The position numbers were made by a program, and so were the translations under genes. Under the pieces are notes generated by a model. That model was given only the letters and a program-made list of their open reading frames with translations, searched no databases and was not told where the DNA came from. This document shows, in pieces, positions 49,613 to 59,600 of a stretch of 64,000 nt of DNA. Position 1 is the stretch's first letter. The number at the start of each line of letters is the position of its first letter. Source of the DNA: Nemertoderma westbladi (Eukaryota > Animalia > Xenacoelomorpha); NCBI GenBank assembly GCA_032718475.1, contig JAUCBJ010007486.1:72244-136243 (forward strand). The letters run 5' to 3'.

Positions 49613-52600
49613 CAGTGATAGGAAGTGAAGTATTGGCACCGCAAGGTTTTGGATCAAGTGCAAAAGCTTCGGAATGTTTCACAATTGTTGAAATAAAATT
49701 ACAGTTAAGGAATTTGGAATTTGGAACAATTAAAGCATTAGTTATAGAAAAGATTTGTGATCCAATCTACAACATGGTTCCACATAACGTTATAAAACAA
49801 AGTAAAACGCTAAGCTCTCTGCAATTAGCAGACGCAACTGTAACCAATGCTGCATTGTTTAAAATCGAGCTTTTAATAGGTGTTGACGAGTATTGGAACA
49901 TTGTTTCAGGTTCCATAATTCGGGGCGCCCAAAACGAGCCGGTGGCCATAGACAGCGCCGTGGGCTGGTTATTATCCGGCCCCGCATATATCCCTGACTA
50001 CGAGGAAACTCTTGTAATCAAATCGAACCAACACCTTTCCCCATCAACCACCTTAACGCTTGAATCGCGGTTGATTGCAAACCAATGTGTTGACATCGGT
50101 GACTCAGTTAAAGATCCTGAGTCACAAATTCTAACTATGTTAAAACTATTCTGGTCCCTAGAGTCAATCGGAATTACAACACTTGGCGAAGAACTCAAAC
50201 CCATAATAACTGACATTAAATTCAAAGACGGAAAGTACGTAGTTCGTTTACCATGGAAGTTGGATCCATTCCAATTACCAGAACACTACCATAGATGCGC
50301 TACTCAACTGAAATCACTCATAACGAAATTGTCAAAAACTGGGTTGTTGATTAGCTACAATGACGTCATTGAGGACCACTTCAGTAAAGGGTATGTTGAG
50401 CTAGTCGATATTACGCAGCCGACTACCAATCCAATTCACTATGTACCTCATCATGGGGTAATAAAAGAAACACGCCAGACAACAAAACTCAGAGTGGTAT
50501 TCAACGCGTCAGCTATAGACACAAAGTACGGCATTAGTTTAAATTCATGTTTAAATTACGGTCCTAATTTCTTACCATTATTGTTTCAAGTATTAGTACG
50601 TCTTAGAACCAACCGCATTGCAATAGTCGCTGACATTGAAGCAGCATTTATGCAATGCGTAATACATCCTGACGATAGAGATATGCTACGTTTTCTTTGG
50701 GTTAAAGACATAAATGACATCGATGTAAATAACCCAAAATTGCAAGCATATCGCTATACGCTGGCGATGTTTGGACTCTCGCCATCACCAGATATTTTAT
50801 TTTCTATTGTCAGGAAACATTTACAAAGTAAATTAGATACTGCCAACGAAAACAAACGTATTGTAATTGAAAAACTATTGCGGGATATGTATGTAGATGA
50901 CTTTGCGTCTGGTGCAGACACTGTGTCGTCTGGTCTTCTCTTGTATGAGAATGCAAAGCAATTGATGTTAGAGGGTGGATTTAATTTAAGAAAATGGCTT
51001 ACAAATTCTGTCGAGCTACAACAAATTATAGATCAATTTGAAAAACCCAAAATCGTAAGTTTAAAAACAAATTCTGTACCAATATTATCAGAGGAAGACC
51101 AGACGTACGCAAAGGAGTCATTGTGTTTATCAACACCACCTAGCGGTGAAACAAGGATTTTGGGACAAGTGTGGGATATAAGTAAGGATTACTTTGGGTA
51201 TAACCTTGACCACGTCATATCCTTTGTTAAGAATCTAAAACCAACGAAAAGGGCTATATTGCAACTAACGGCTCGGATCTACGATCCATTAGGGCTTATA
51301 TCTCCCTTTTTAACGCCCTTAAGAATCGTATTTAGGGAATTAGCTAACAGTAAGGTAGACTGGGACGAACCACTACCTACTCATTTATTGAGCAAATGGG
51401 AATCATGGTTAAACAGTTTAGAAATTTTAAATAGCATTACAGTACCTCGATGTATTCTAGGTAATACAGACGATAACACTGTAGAAATACATGCTTTCTC
51501 AGACGCAAGCAAACAATTATACGCATGTGCCATCTACTCTAGAGTAGAACACTCGGACGGAACTTACACTACAAACTTACTATGTAGTAAAGTTAAACTG
51601 GCACCTAAACAAAAACAATCAGTACCACGGTTAGAATTACTTGGCGCACTAATACTGGTAAGACTAGTACTGTTAGTGTATCAAGGTTTGGTACTACAAA
51701 TAACACGTTCAGTATTTTGGACCGATGCATTAGACGTACTGTATTGGATACGACCAACAAATAATACTCACAAACAATTTGTACACAATAGAGTACAGGA
51801 AATCCGTGACGTAACACAGAAATTAGGAGCAGAATGGAGGTGGTGTCCAGGGCCGTGTAATCCAGCGGACATTCCAACAAGGACAATGGCACCAGACAAA
51901 TTATTAAATAACAAACTATGGTATGAGGGTCCAGACTTTATATCGGGGGAGGAATCTGGTTGGCCAGAGTCACCAGTGATTACTGAGGCTCAAGTATCCA
52001 AGTGTGCTCTGTTAGATATAAAGTCCACCCTCATAATGACAACGACAATTAAGACAATCAATACAGACGATACAGGATTATCTCAGATAATTAATGTAAA
52101 TAATTTCAGTACAAAAAGGGACGTACAACACAGAATAGCTTGGATTCTACGGTTTGTAGAAAATATTAAAGCAAAACGTTTACACAAAGACCCCGTGTTA
52201 TTACCATACTTAACAGCCAAGGAACTACATTTAGCCGAAATTAAAATAATTCTAGATTCACAACGTGTAAACTATTCTCGGGAATTGTCTTATCTTCGTG
52301 ATAAATCAACTCAGTGTCCTAACGTTGTTAAACAATTAAATCTTGTGTTAGATGAATTAGGTATGATCAGATGTCAGGGTAGAATAATCAATGATACTAT
52401 CCCATTCCATACCAGAAATCCTATTCTTCTTGCACCAGGTGACCATTTTACAAAACTCGTCATATTAAACTCACACGAGCGCGTTTCACATTCCCGAGTG
52501 AGAGACACACTAGTAGAGGTTCGTGAGAGATTCTGGATACCATCGGTGAGACGGAAAATTCAACAAATTTTGTCTTCGTGTGTCATTTGTAAAAGGTTTC

Positions 52601-53676
52601 AAGGAAAACCCTATACAATGCCAGCAATCAGCCCCTTGCCAGTTTCTAGAACGATTGAAACGCGCGGCCCCTTTGATCATTGCGGAGTCGATCTTTGTGG
52701 ACCACTTCATACAGTTGCCAAACCAACCGAGACCGAGACTGAGACAATACAACCAACAGAGAAGGCGTGGATTGTTATGTTTACGTGTGCTGTAATAAGA
52801 GCCGTTCATTTGGAAGTAGTAACGTCTTTATCAGCGGTCGCTTTCATTAACGCATTTCACAGATTCATAGCCAGAAGAGGAATACCGAGTATTATGTTTA
52901 GCGATAATGCTACAAACTTTAAGCGCAGTGCCAAGGAGCTAAGAGCGTACCGAATATTCTTGACAGATCCTGAGGTAGTCAGGATTTTTGGAGATCATAA
53001 TATTACCTGGGAAAACAATATTGCAAACAATCCAGCAGCGTATGGATTTATAGAACGTTTAATTGGCACTTGCAAATCCGGAATTCGTAAGTTAATAGGA
53101 CGAGCTGTCTTATCACTTGACGAGTTACATACTGTTGCGCTTTCGGTAGAAGCATCAGTAAATAGCAGACCAATCACATATGTTTACAGTAAGTTAGATG
53201 ACGATGTACAGCCTCTCACCCCGAGTCACTTTCTTGTAGGAAAACGGCTCTGTGCAATACCAGATTTATCAGATAAAGGGATTCTACCAAACCCTGAATC
53301 TAAATCTAAATCGGCAAGAAGAATGATACTTGATAGGGTTAAATATCAAGAGGCAGCGAAAAATTCAGTGTGGAAGTTGTGGCGTACAGATTATTTGAGA
53401 GAGTTACGTTCTTCTCACATTAGTAACAACGTAGCACCCAAATCAGACATCATCCCGAAGGTAGGCGCTATGTGTCTATTACATAACGAGTCTATTCCCC
53501 GTTGCATGTGGAAGTTGTGTAGGATAGATGAATTAATTGTTTCAAGGGACGGCCGTGTGCGGTCTGCGAGAATTTCAATAGCGCCCAGAAAGAAGGAAGC
53601 GAGATCACTCGTTAAATCCATACTACAATTATATCCATTAGAGGTATCTACTACAAATACACCACAAATAGATTAA
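49405..53676 (+). CDS. BEL-C Pol (partial protease, RT, RNase H, integrase); the listed start is not a true initiation site
   Basis: RT (KLRVVFNAS, ADIEAAFMQ, YVDD), RNase H (FSDAS, RLELLG, WTDA, NPAD), integrase HHCC and D,D,E (VDLCGP, SDNATNF, FIERL), C-terminal W..GR-type domain. Confidence 0.92.
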   Translation: MPIDKTMQILQQSFSPSCNLPETRCRPTTSIYSTCYFNRNNQYTTGSTKTYKYYVVIFILREVLERHSLTVIGSEVLAPQGFGSSAKASECFTIVEIKLQLRNLEFGTIKALVIEKICDPIYNMVPHNVIKQSKTLSSLQLADATVTNAALFKIELLIGVDEYWNIVSGSIIRGAQNEPVAIDSAVGWLLSGPAYIPDYEETLVIKSNQHLSPSTTLTLESRLIANQCVDIGDSVKDPESQILTMLKLFWSLESIGITTLGEELKPIITDIKFKDGKYVVRLPWKLDPFQLPEHYHRCATQLKSLITKLSKTGLLISYNDVIEDHFSKGYVELVDITQPTTNPIHYVPHHGVIKETRQTTKLRVVFNASAIDTKYGISLNSCLNYGPNFLPLLFQVLVRLRTNRIAIVADIEAAFMQCVIHPDDRDMLRFLWVKDINDIDVNNPKLQAYRYTLAMFGLSPSPDILFSIVRKHLQSKLDTANENKRIVIEKLLRDMYVDDFASGADTVSSGLLLYENAKQLMLEGGFNLRKWLTNSVELQQIIDQFEKPKIVSLKTNSVPILSEEDQTYAKESLCLSTPPSGETRILGQVWDISKDYFGYNLDHVISFVKNLKPTKRAILQLTARIYDPLGLISPFLTPLRIVFRELANSKVDWDEPLPTHLLSKWESWLNSLEILNSITVPRCILGNTDDNTVEIHAFSDASKQLYACAIYSRVEHSDGTYTTNLLCSKVKLAPKQKQSVPRLELLGALILVRLVLLVYQGLVLQITRSVFWTDALDVLYWIRPTNNTHKQFVHNRVQEIRDVTQKLGAEWRWCPGPCNPADIPTRTMAPDKLLNNKLWYEGPDFISGEESGWPESPVITEAQVSKCALLDIKSTLIMTTTIKTINTDDTGLSQIINVNNFSTKRDVQHRIAWILRFVENIKAKRLHKDPVLLPYLTAKELHLAEIKIILDSQRVNYSRELSYLRDKSTQCPNVVKQLNLVLDELGMIRCQGRIINDTIPFHTRNPILLAPGDHFTKLVILNSHERVSHSRVRDTLVEVRERFWIPSVRRKIQQILSSCVICKRFQGKPYTMPAISPLPVSRTIETRGPFDHCGVDLCGPLHTVAKPTETETETIQPTEKAWIVMFTCAVIRAVHLEVVTSLSAVAFINAFHRFIARRGIPSIMFSDNATNFKRSAKELRAYRIFLTDPEVVRIFGDHNITWENNIANNPAAYGFIERLIGTCKSGIRKLIGRAVLSLDELHTVALSVEASVNSRPITYVYSKLDDDVQPLTPSHFLVGKRLCAIPDLSDKGILPNPESKSKSARRMILDRVKYQEAAKNSVWKLWRTDYLRELRSSHISNNVAPKSDIIPKVGAMCLLHNESIPRCMWKLCRIDELIVSRDGRVRSARISIAPRKKEARSLVKSILQLYPLEVSTTNTPQID

Positions 53677-53877
53677 AATAGTCATAAAGAAATACAATAC
53701 GAACATTCTTCATACTTTATCATAATTGAAAATTATAATGTGCAATTAATTACACTAAACAATATAACATATTGTTTACTGTATATTAGTCATTTTTTGA
53801 AATTTTTTAAATGCAATAATGTATAACCCCCTACGTGGTGAAGGTTATGATTTGAAACTCTTAGTTTCAAGGGGGAG

Positions 53878-54329
53878 TGTCATAAAATATATATATTCAA
53901 GTAGGGAAATAAAGTTTGTTTTCGTTAATGATTTAATGTTAATGTGCATAGTACAGTAGTTGGCAACAGCAGGGGTTCATTGACATCAACTCATACATTA
54001 TATCATTGATATACATACAGTATCGTCTATATTATTAACTATTGTTTGTACAACGCTAGAATTACCTCATCGTTTGGAAGACATGCCCCTGCTGTTCGTC
54101 CTAATTAAAAGGGTCAATTAGTATTGCTACAATAATAGGAGTATACATAGAGTGTTGGTGCGGTGATGGTAAAACCAGTTGCTAATTGTCGTTGTAATAT
54201 GTGTCATTTTTGTAATTAGTTAGTTAATTATTAAATTAGAGAAATATGTAATCATAATATTGTGTTTTTTTAAACTGTTCATGGGCGGTTCAACAATCAG
54301 AAGAATATACATTCATCCCGTTCATGACA
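53878..54329 (+). repeat. 3' LTR of BEL-C
   Basis: Direct repeat of 47308-47759, preceded by the PPT. Confidence 0.97.
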
Positions 54330-54898
54330 GACGCCTTACGGCAAATGCTTCAGCTAAGGAAATGTACAAGACTCAGTTGAAGAAATTTATTGACAAGAGA
54401 TATGCGGAGCGAGTACCGGAAGAAACACCCATAACTGAGAGAACGTACTATCTAACACATCATTACGTTCCCAAACCCGGTAAACCCAACGAAGTCCGGG
54501 TAGTATTTGATGGCTCCGCCCTCTACATGGGCCAATCCCTCAATTCCGAGTTGTTGCCAGAACCCAACTTACTCCAATCCTTGTTGGGAATACTCTTAAG
54601 ATTACGACAATATTCAATCGCGGATTCAGATCTTCCACGTAAGCGGTGGCAGACAGGTCGCATCATCGAGACTCATATCTCGGATGACGGTTTAGTGCGA
54701 TCGGTAGAACTCGTCGTCATGCGATGTAACTTTAAGAAACCGGGAATTGTCTTCGAGACGCAGCAGCTCAATCGCCCAGTTGGTCGTTTTTGTTTACTGG
54801 AAAGAGACAGAGAACTCTCCGGAAACTATGGAAGGCAAGATACTCTTCCCACGACCACCTCCCTAATCCAACAAACATCTAGGGATTCCCCAACGTGA
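54330..54898 (+). pseudogene. Remnant of BEL-B pol: start of RT fused in frame to the integrase C-terminal domain
   Basis: RRLTAN...RVVFDGS...LRLRQYSIA matches BEL-A, then jumps at ~54620 to DSDLPRKRWQTGRIIETHISDDGLVRSVEL. Most of RT, RNase H and the integrase core are deleted. Confidence 0.9.
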
Positions 54899-55450
54899 CA
54901 GCGTCTGGAGTGGGTGTGTGACTATATTATTTTATATTTGTTTTTATTATTTTATATTTATGTATGTACTATTATGTAATTTTATTATAATCGTTTTCTT
55001 TAATTTTATTTAGTAGAATGTTATTTTAGCGATTATTTAGTAGATTAGTGCAATATATATTAGCGTTTATTACTTAATTACTTATATATTATATATTTAG
55101 TGCGACGGCGAGAAATAATTATTTTTCTCTTTCCTTACTGTCCGTATTACATTATAAATACGTGACTACAGTAAGATGAAATGTCCGTACTTATTAAAGT
55201 ACAATAAAGCTCCTACTATATTCAAGTATTATTGGTAAGTAGAGTATTAGGAATGCAAAATTCAGATCCTCGTGTCTCGGCTAAACCAAGCTCTGGGTAG
55301 ACCTTGGAAATGACTTGCCTCTTCTCACTGACATTGCTTCGTGCGATATTGCTCTCATACCGTATATTAAATAATACATATAGTAGCGTGATGTCCTTTT
55401 AACAGTACGTAAAACGCAAAATAAATCTGTTAAACCCTTTGACCATCTGT

Positions 55451-55801
55451 AATTCTAGTCGATTAAGATATCGCGGCACCCACCGATATACTTGAAAGAC
55501 AAAATTCTAGAATCAGTGGTTAACGTCCCCAGACAAGTTCTGGAATAAATTGGTGCCCATCTTAAATATTAACCATTAATATTTATAAAATCTGTCAAAC
55601 AGATACAATAGAGTAACTACGTATAAGTTAACTCTAGAAAATCTATAAATTAAAATCTGTCAAACTTAGATCCTTTAAAATTCTAGTCAATTAAGATATC
55701 GTAGCACTTACTGATACTCTTAAAAGGACAAATTTCCTAGAATCAAGGATCCCAGTCCCCAGACATGTTCTGGAATAAAATTGTGTCTATTTTAATATTA
55801 A
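55451..55801 (+). repeat. Diverged ~120-bp direct duplication in the BEL-B pol/cargo spacer
   Basis: AATTCTAGTC(G/A)ATTAAGATATCG...GTCCCCAGACA(A/T)GTTCTGGAATAAA occurs at 55451 and 55679. Confidence 0.8.
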
Positions 55802-56099
55802 ATAATAAAATTTACGGGAATAAATTTAAATTCATTTCTTTTAATGAATTTGATAAATTGTCATTTTTATACAATTTATAACATTCCCAAAATTCCATTA
55901 ATTAATAGATCATGGGAGCGGAGATTCACCCTATTAAGTGTATTAGTGTGCGAGAATCTCCAATATATAGTCAATAGCCGATAAAATTCATAAAATTATG
56001 TATAAGTGAGATATTGACAATTAAAGAATTACTATTAAATAGCATCCCAGATCTGTATGCATGAGAATTACCCTAATTCTACTGGTAGCTTTCCATAAT

Positions 56100-56113
56100 G
56101 TCACCATAGCAAC
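56100..56113. promoter_or_regulatory. RFX X-box-like motif ~490 bp upstream of the cargo ORF
   Basis: GTCACCATAGCAAC fits GTNRCC-AT-RGYAAC. Confidence 0.4.
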
Positions 56114-56602
56114 AACCACGCTAGAATTAGAAGCGAGTTAAAAGAACAATAGAAAGCTTGCCCCATTGAATAGCATAAGGAATAAATAGCACACTGCTAG
56201 TATCCAAGGATACATAATAATAACGTGGCATTCTGGAAGGCACTTGACTAACGGACAAATGGCCCAAATGTGTACAATTTGTGACAGTTGTGTGGAATTT
56301 GTGCGTTTATAGGTGAATGTTACTACTAAAGTGTGTTTACAGTAGCGAGTCGCAATTGTGAAAGTAGCCCTAACTCTGCAGTAAGAACCTGAAGTAAATC
56401 TAAGCCTTTGGGACGGACAGTGGAGTGACTTGTGCCGGTTATCGTTGTCATTGTGTAGCTACTACGTTGGCGAAAAACACAGCGATGACGGTACATCGGC
56501 GCTGAGGATCTTGCACTGTCCGGGGGCCGAGAGGGGTAGGCAGCGACGCCCGCTAGCCTAATTATAAACTCATTATAATATTGATAAACTCATATAGCAG
56601 CT

Positions 56603-59600
56603 ATGACTGAGTTGATAGAAGATGATCTTGGTATCAGGGAGCGATATACTCTACCTTTACAAGCGTTTGTTGATAGCTTGATATGCGGCGACGCTAGTCC
56701 AACTACTACGGAGGACGATGGTCGTTATATCGAACCGCCAATGTCCCAGGAGCGACTTACGCGTGAATTGGACTATAGAAAATTCACCGCTCGCTATACA
56801 CATCGTAATGGTACGTATATGGACTTCTTAACTACCGGCCATCATATCGATTTACACGATACGGATGATGTAGACACTGAAAGGGAAATGGTTTTATTTA
56901 AATATCATACCCAGCGGAGTCGGAACGATAAACCGAGAATAGAACACGAGAATTCTATTCGGAACCGACTCGAAAGAGAAGACGTTGAAGAGCCGGATAA
57001 ATGCAGCGACTTCAACGATTATCTGGAATTCCTGAGAGAAATATATCTCAATATTGCCAGTCAACAAAATCTAGAAACTCGATATCCTCAAGGTATACAT
57101 CATGACCCTATGATAGAACTCAAACGGCTCTATTTCACTATGATGTATCTTACCGCCGATCGACCGCTACCTGTCGTCCCAGATAGCTTGGAACAGATGG
57201 AGGAATATTGTAAAACTGGAGAACGATCACCCGCGTTTCCCCTGCAGGATGTGCTTCTTTGGTATTACTGCGACGAATGCCCTAGACCCAATCAGCAAAC
57301 GGAAAGACATAAACATCCGCGGAGACGTTGCGCTAAACACAGTTTTACACGATATACTTATGGGAGTTTCGAGCGAAACCTGTTCGACGTATCACCTACG
57401 CTCGCTCAACTCAAACGATCCTTAAATAAACCAATGATCAGAGTTCCGGAATACTCGGTCAGACCTACTCATTTCTTAGTGAGACCTCAAACACTTGATC
57501 CTAATAGTATAACAGATCCCCCTGAACTGTACTCACTATTTAAAGATCTTGTGTTACCCGAACAATTAATCGGTGGCACTCCGGTAGTGGGTTCGCTAGA
57601 TATTCGCCCATCCTATCTAGCCGGATTAGGACGCGGTCATCTAATATCGCCGTTCAACCCATACAACCGTCCAGGTTTAACCCTGATACAACCCGTTACC
57701 GAAGTCAAAGAGAGCGTTGTACGAAACGCGTTAGACGCTATTCGGCAGAAGATCGGAAAAGGAACTTACGATTGTTTAGAGAAACGCAAATTGCAGCAAC
57801 AAGTCTAAGCGGTGAAAGAATTAGCTTTACCCCAGTTCGATCGAGAAATGCAGAACCTCGAGGAAGACATCGAACGTGGACGAACCTATTCTCTACAAGA
57901 GTTCCTAGACGAGCGTTTACAACAACAAGCGGAGGAAAATCAGCTCGAGGAGAAACACATAGAAATGGATGAGAGAGAAGAAGCAGCTTTAGCCCAGCCA
58001 GAAGCTCAAATCCTTATGACTGATCTCTATTCTAAAACCATCATCCATCCTTCGATGGTTCCCCATTTCGGAGACAAGCTCTTCGCACCGGCACAACCTC
58101 AACCGGTTGATATCAACCTAAGATCTCGAGATCTTATCGCTGACGCTCCTATGTTGCAACGTCCGCCAATCGAGGCCGCTCGTGTCGACGGTATACTCGT
58201 TGAACCTCCGGACAATAGAGCGGATCTTGTCCGTCGTATGGTACACGAGGTCAACATACGCGCTAGACCTTTACCGAACTCATTTTATGGGATCAAAGAT
58301 CACTCTTATTATGTCAATCTAACTCAATATTACATGGTAAAACCGGAAGATCCTACACATAGTCTAAGGTTTCTACCACTAATAAATCCTCTCGTTCTTG
58401 TCGAACTCGAACAACTGCAGAAACATCTGGATCAGTTAGTGAAAGTAAAGTCATTCCGAAAACCCTACAATGTTTCCAGAATAGAGAAAGATACAATACC
58501 TCCGTATAATCTCGATGGATTTATCAAAACTCGATTAGTCCACTGGAATCTCGACGTGTTATTCGAGGAGGAAAGAATGCAACGATATGGAGATGTAGAA
58601 ACATATACTTCACAGTATTTGAAGTATAGAGATCTACCTAATGCTAGCGAATGCGCCACCTTGTGGCATCCAGTGGGAATGACTCTAGAAAACGCCACTA
58701 AAGAGTGGAACGAGACTCTTAACGTTATCGAGATGTATGGAGTTGTCACTTACGATAACGAAGGTAGCGTTCCGGTTGGAGAACTGGGAACTACGCGCAT
58801 GATACATATACGAGGACTAGCTGGTTCTACCCACGTATTTACTCGAGCGTGTTCCGATGTGATTGATTATTCTTTTGAGACCCTTACCGAGATACAAAAG
58901 AAACTCCGACATGGACAATTCGAACTCGCGCAGCGTTACGTCACTGACACCGAGCGCAAACCGGCCATGGGTATCGATGGATCGATGTTACCCCAGCCCG
59001 TGCTCGAGATGTTGTTTAACGAAAGAATCCTTAAAATCGGCTCAGCTGTTTATGAAGATCTCCAAAACGACTTTAGGAACATGGAGAATATCCCATATCC
59101 CTTTGTAGATACTCAGCTGATTGCTCCCTGGGCAGAAGGCCGAGGTTTCTTCCGCACTATGTATGCCAATACACCCAGCGGCATCACTAAAGTACAACGA
59201 ACCTCCATCGGACATCTTGCCTTTCAAGAATACGGATGGAATTTCAAGGTTGGAAATCCTATCAACTACCAACAAGTATATGGAGATCATTATTCTCGAT
59301 TATACTTTGACGGAGCATTGACCGCACCTGGCGCCGTGTATAGCTTTATGAGTGTTCCACTTCGTCCCTCCTTACCTATATACACGATCTTTGAAAACGC
59401 CGCACTTGCCGGTTGGCTAGCCGATGTGTGCAGTCGTACTATACGCGCCCATCCCTTAATACTTGGAACCAAACTCACCAAGCTAGATGAACACAATAAA
59501 TTCATCCGCTTCGAATGTTTCAGGCGCTTTCTGACTCCGTTCCGTAACGTTGATAGTCAGTTCAAGGACCGCGCTCTGACCAAGCTCAGCCTAAGAGACT

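Larger units (their letters stand above)
47308..54329 (+). mobile_element. BEL/Pao LTR retrotransposon BEL-C (7022 bp) nested in BEL-B
   Basis: 452-bp LTRs TGTCAT...ATGACA, TSD GACGC (47303-47307 and 54330-54334), PBS TGGCGCCCGA at 47760, PPT AAGGGGGAG at 53869-53877. Confidence 0.97.
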
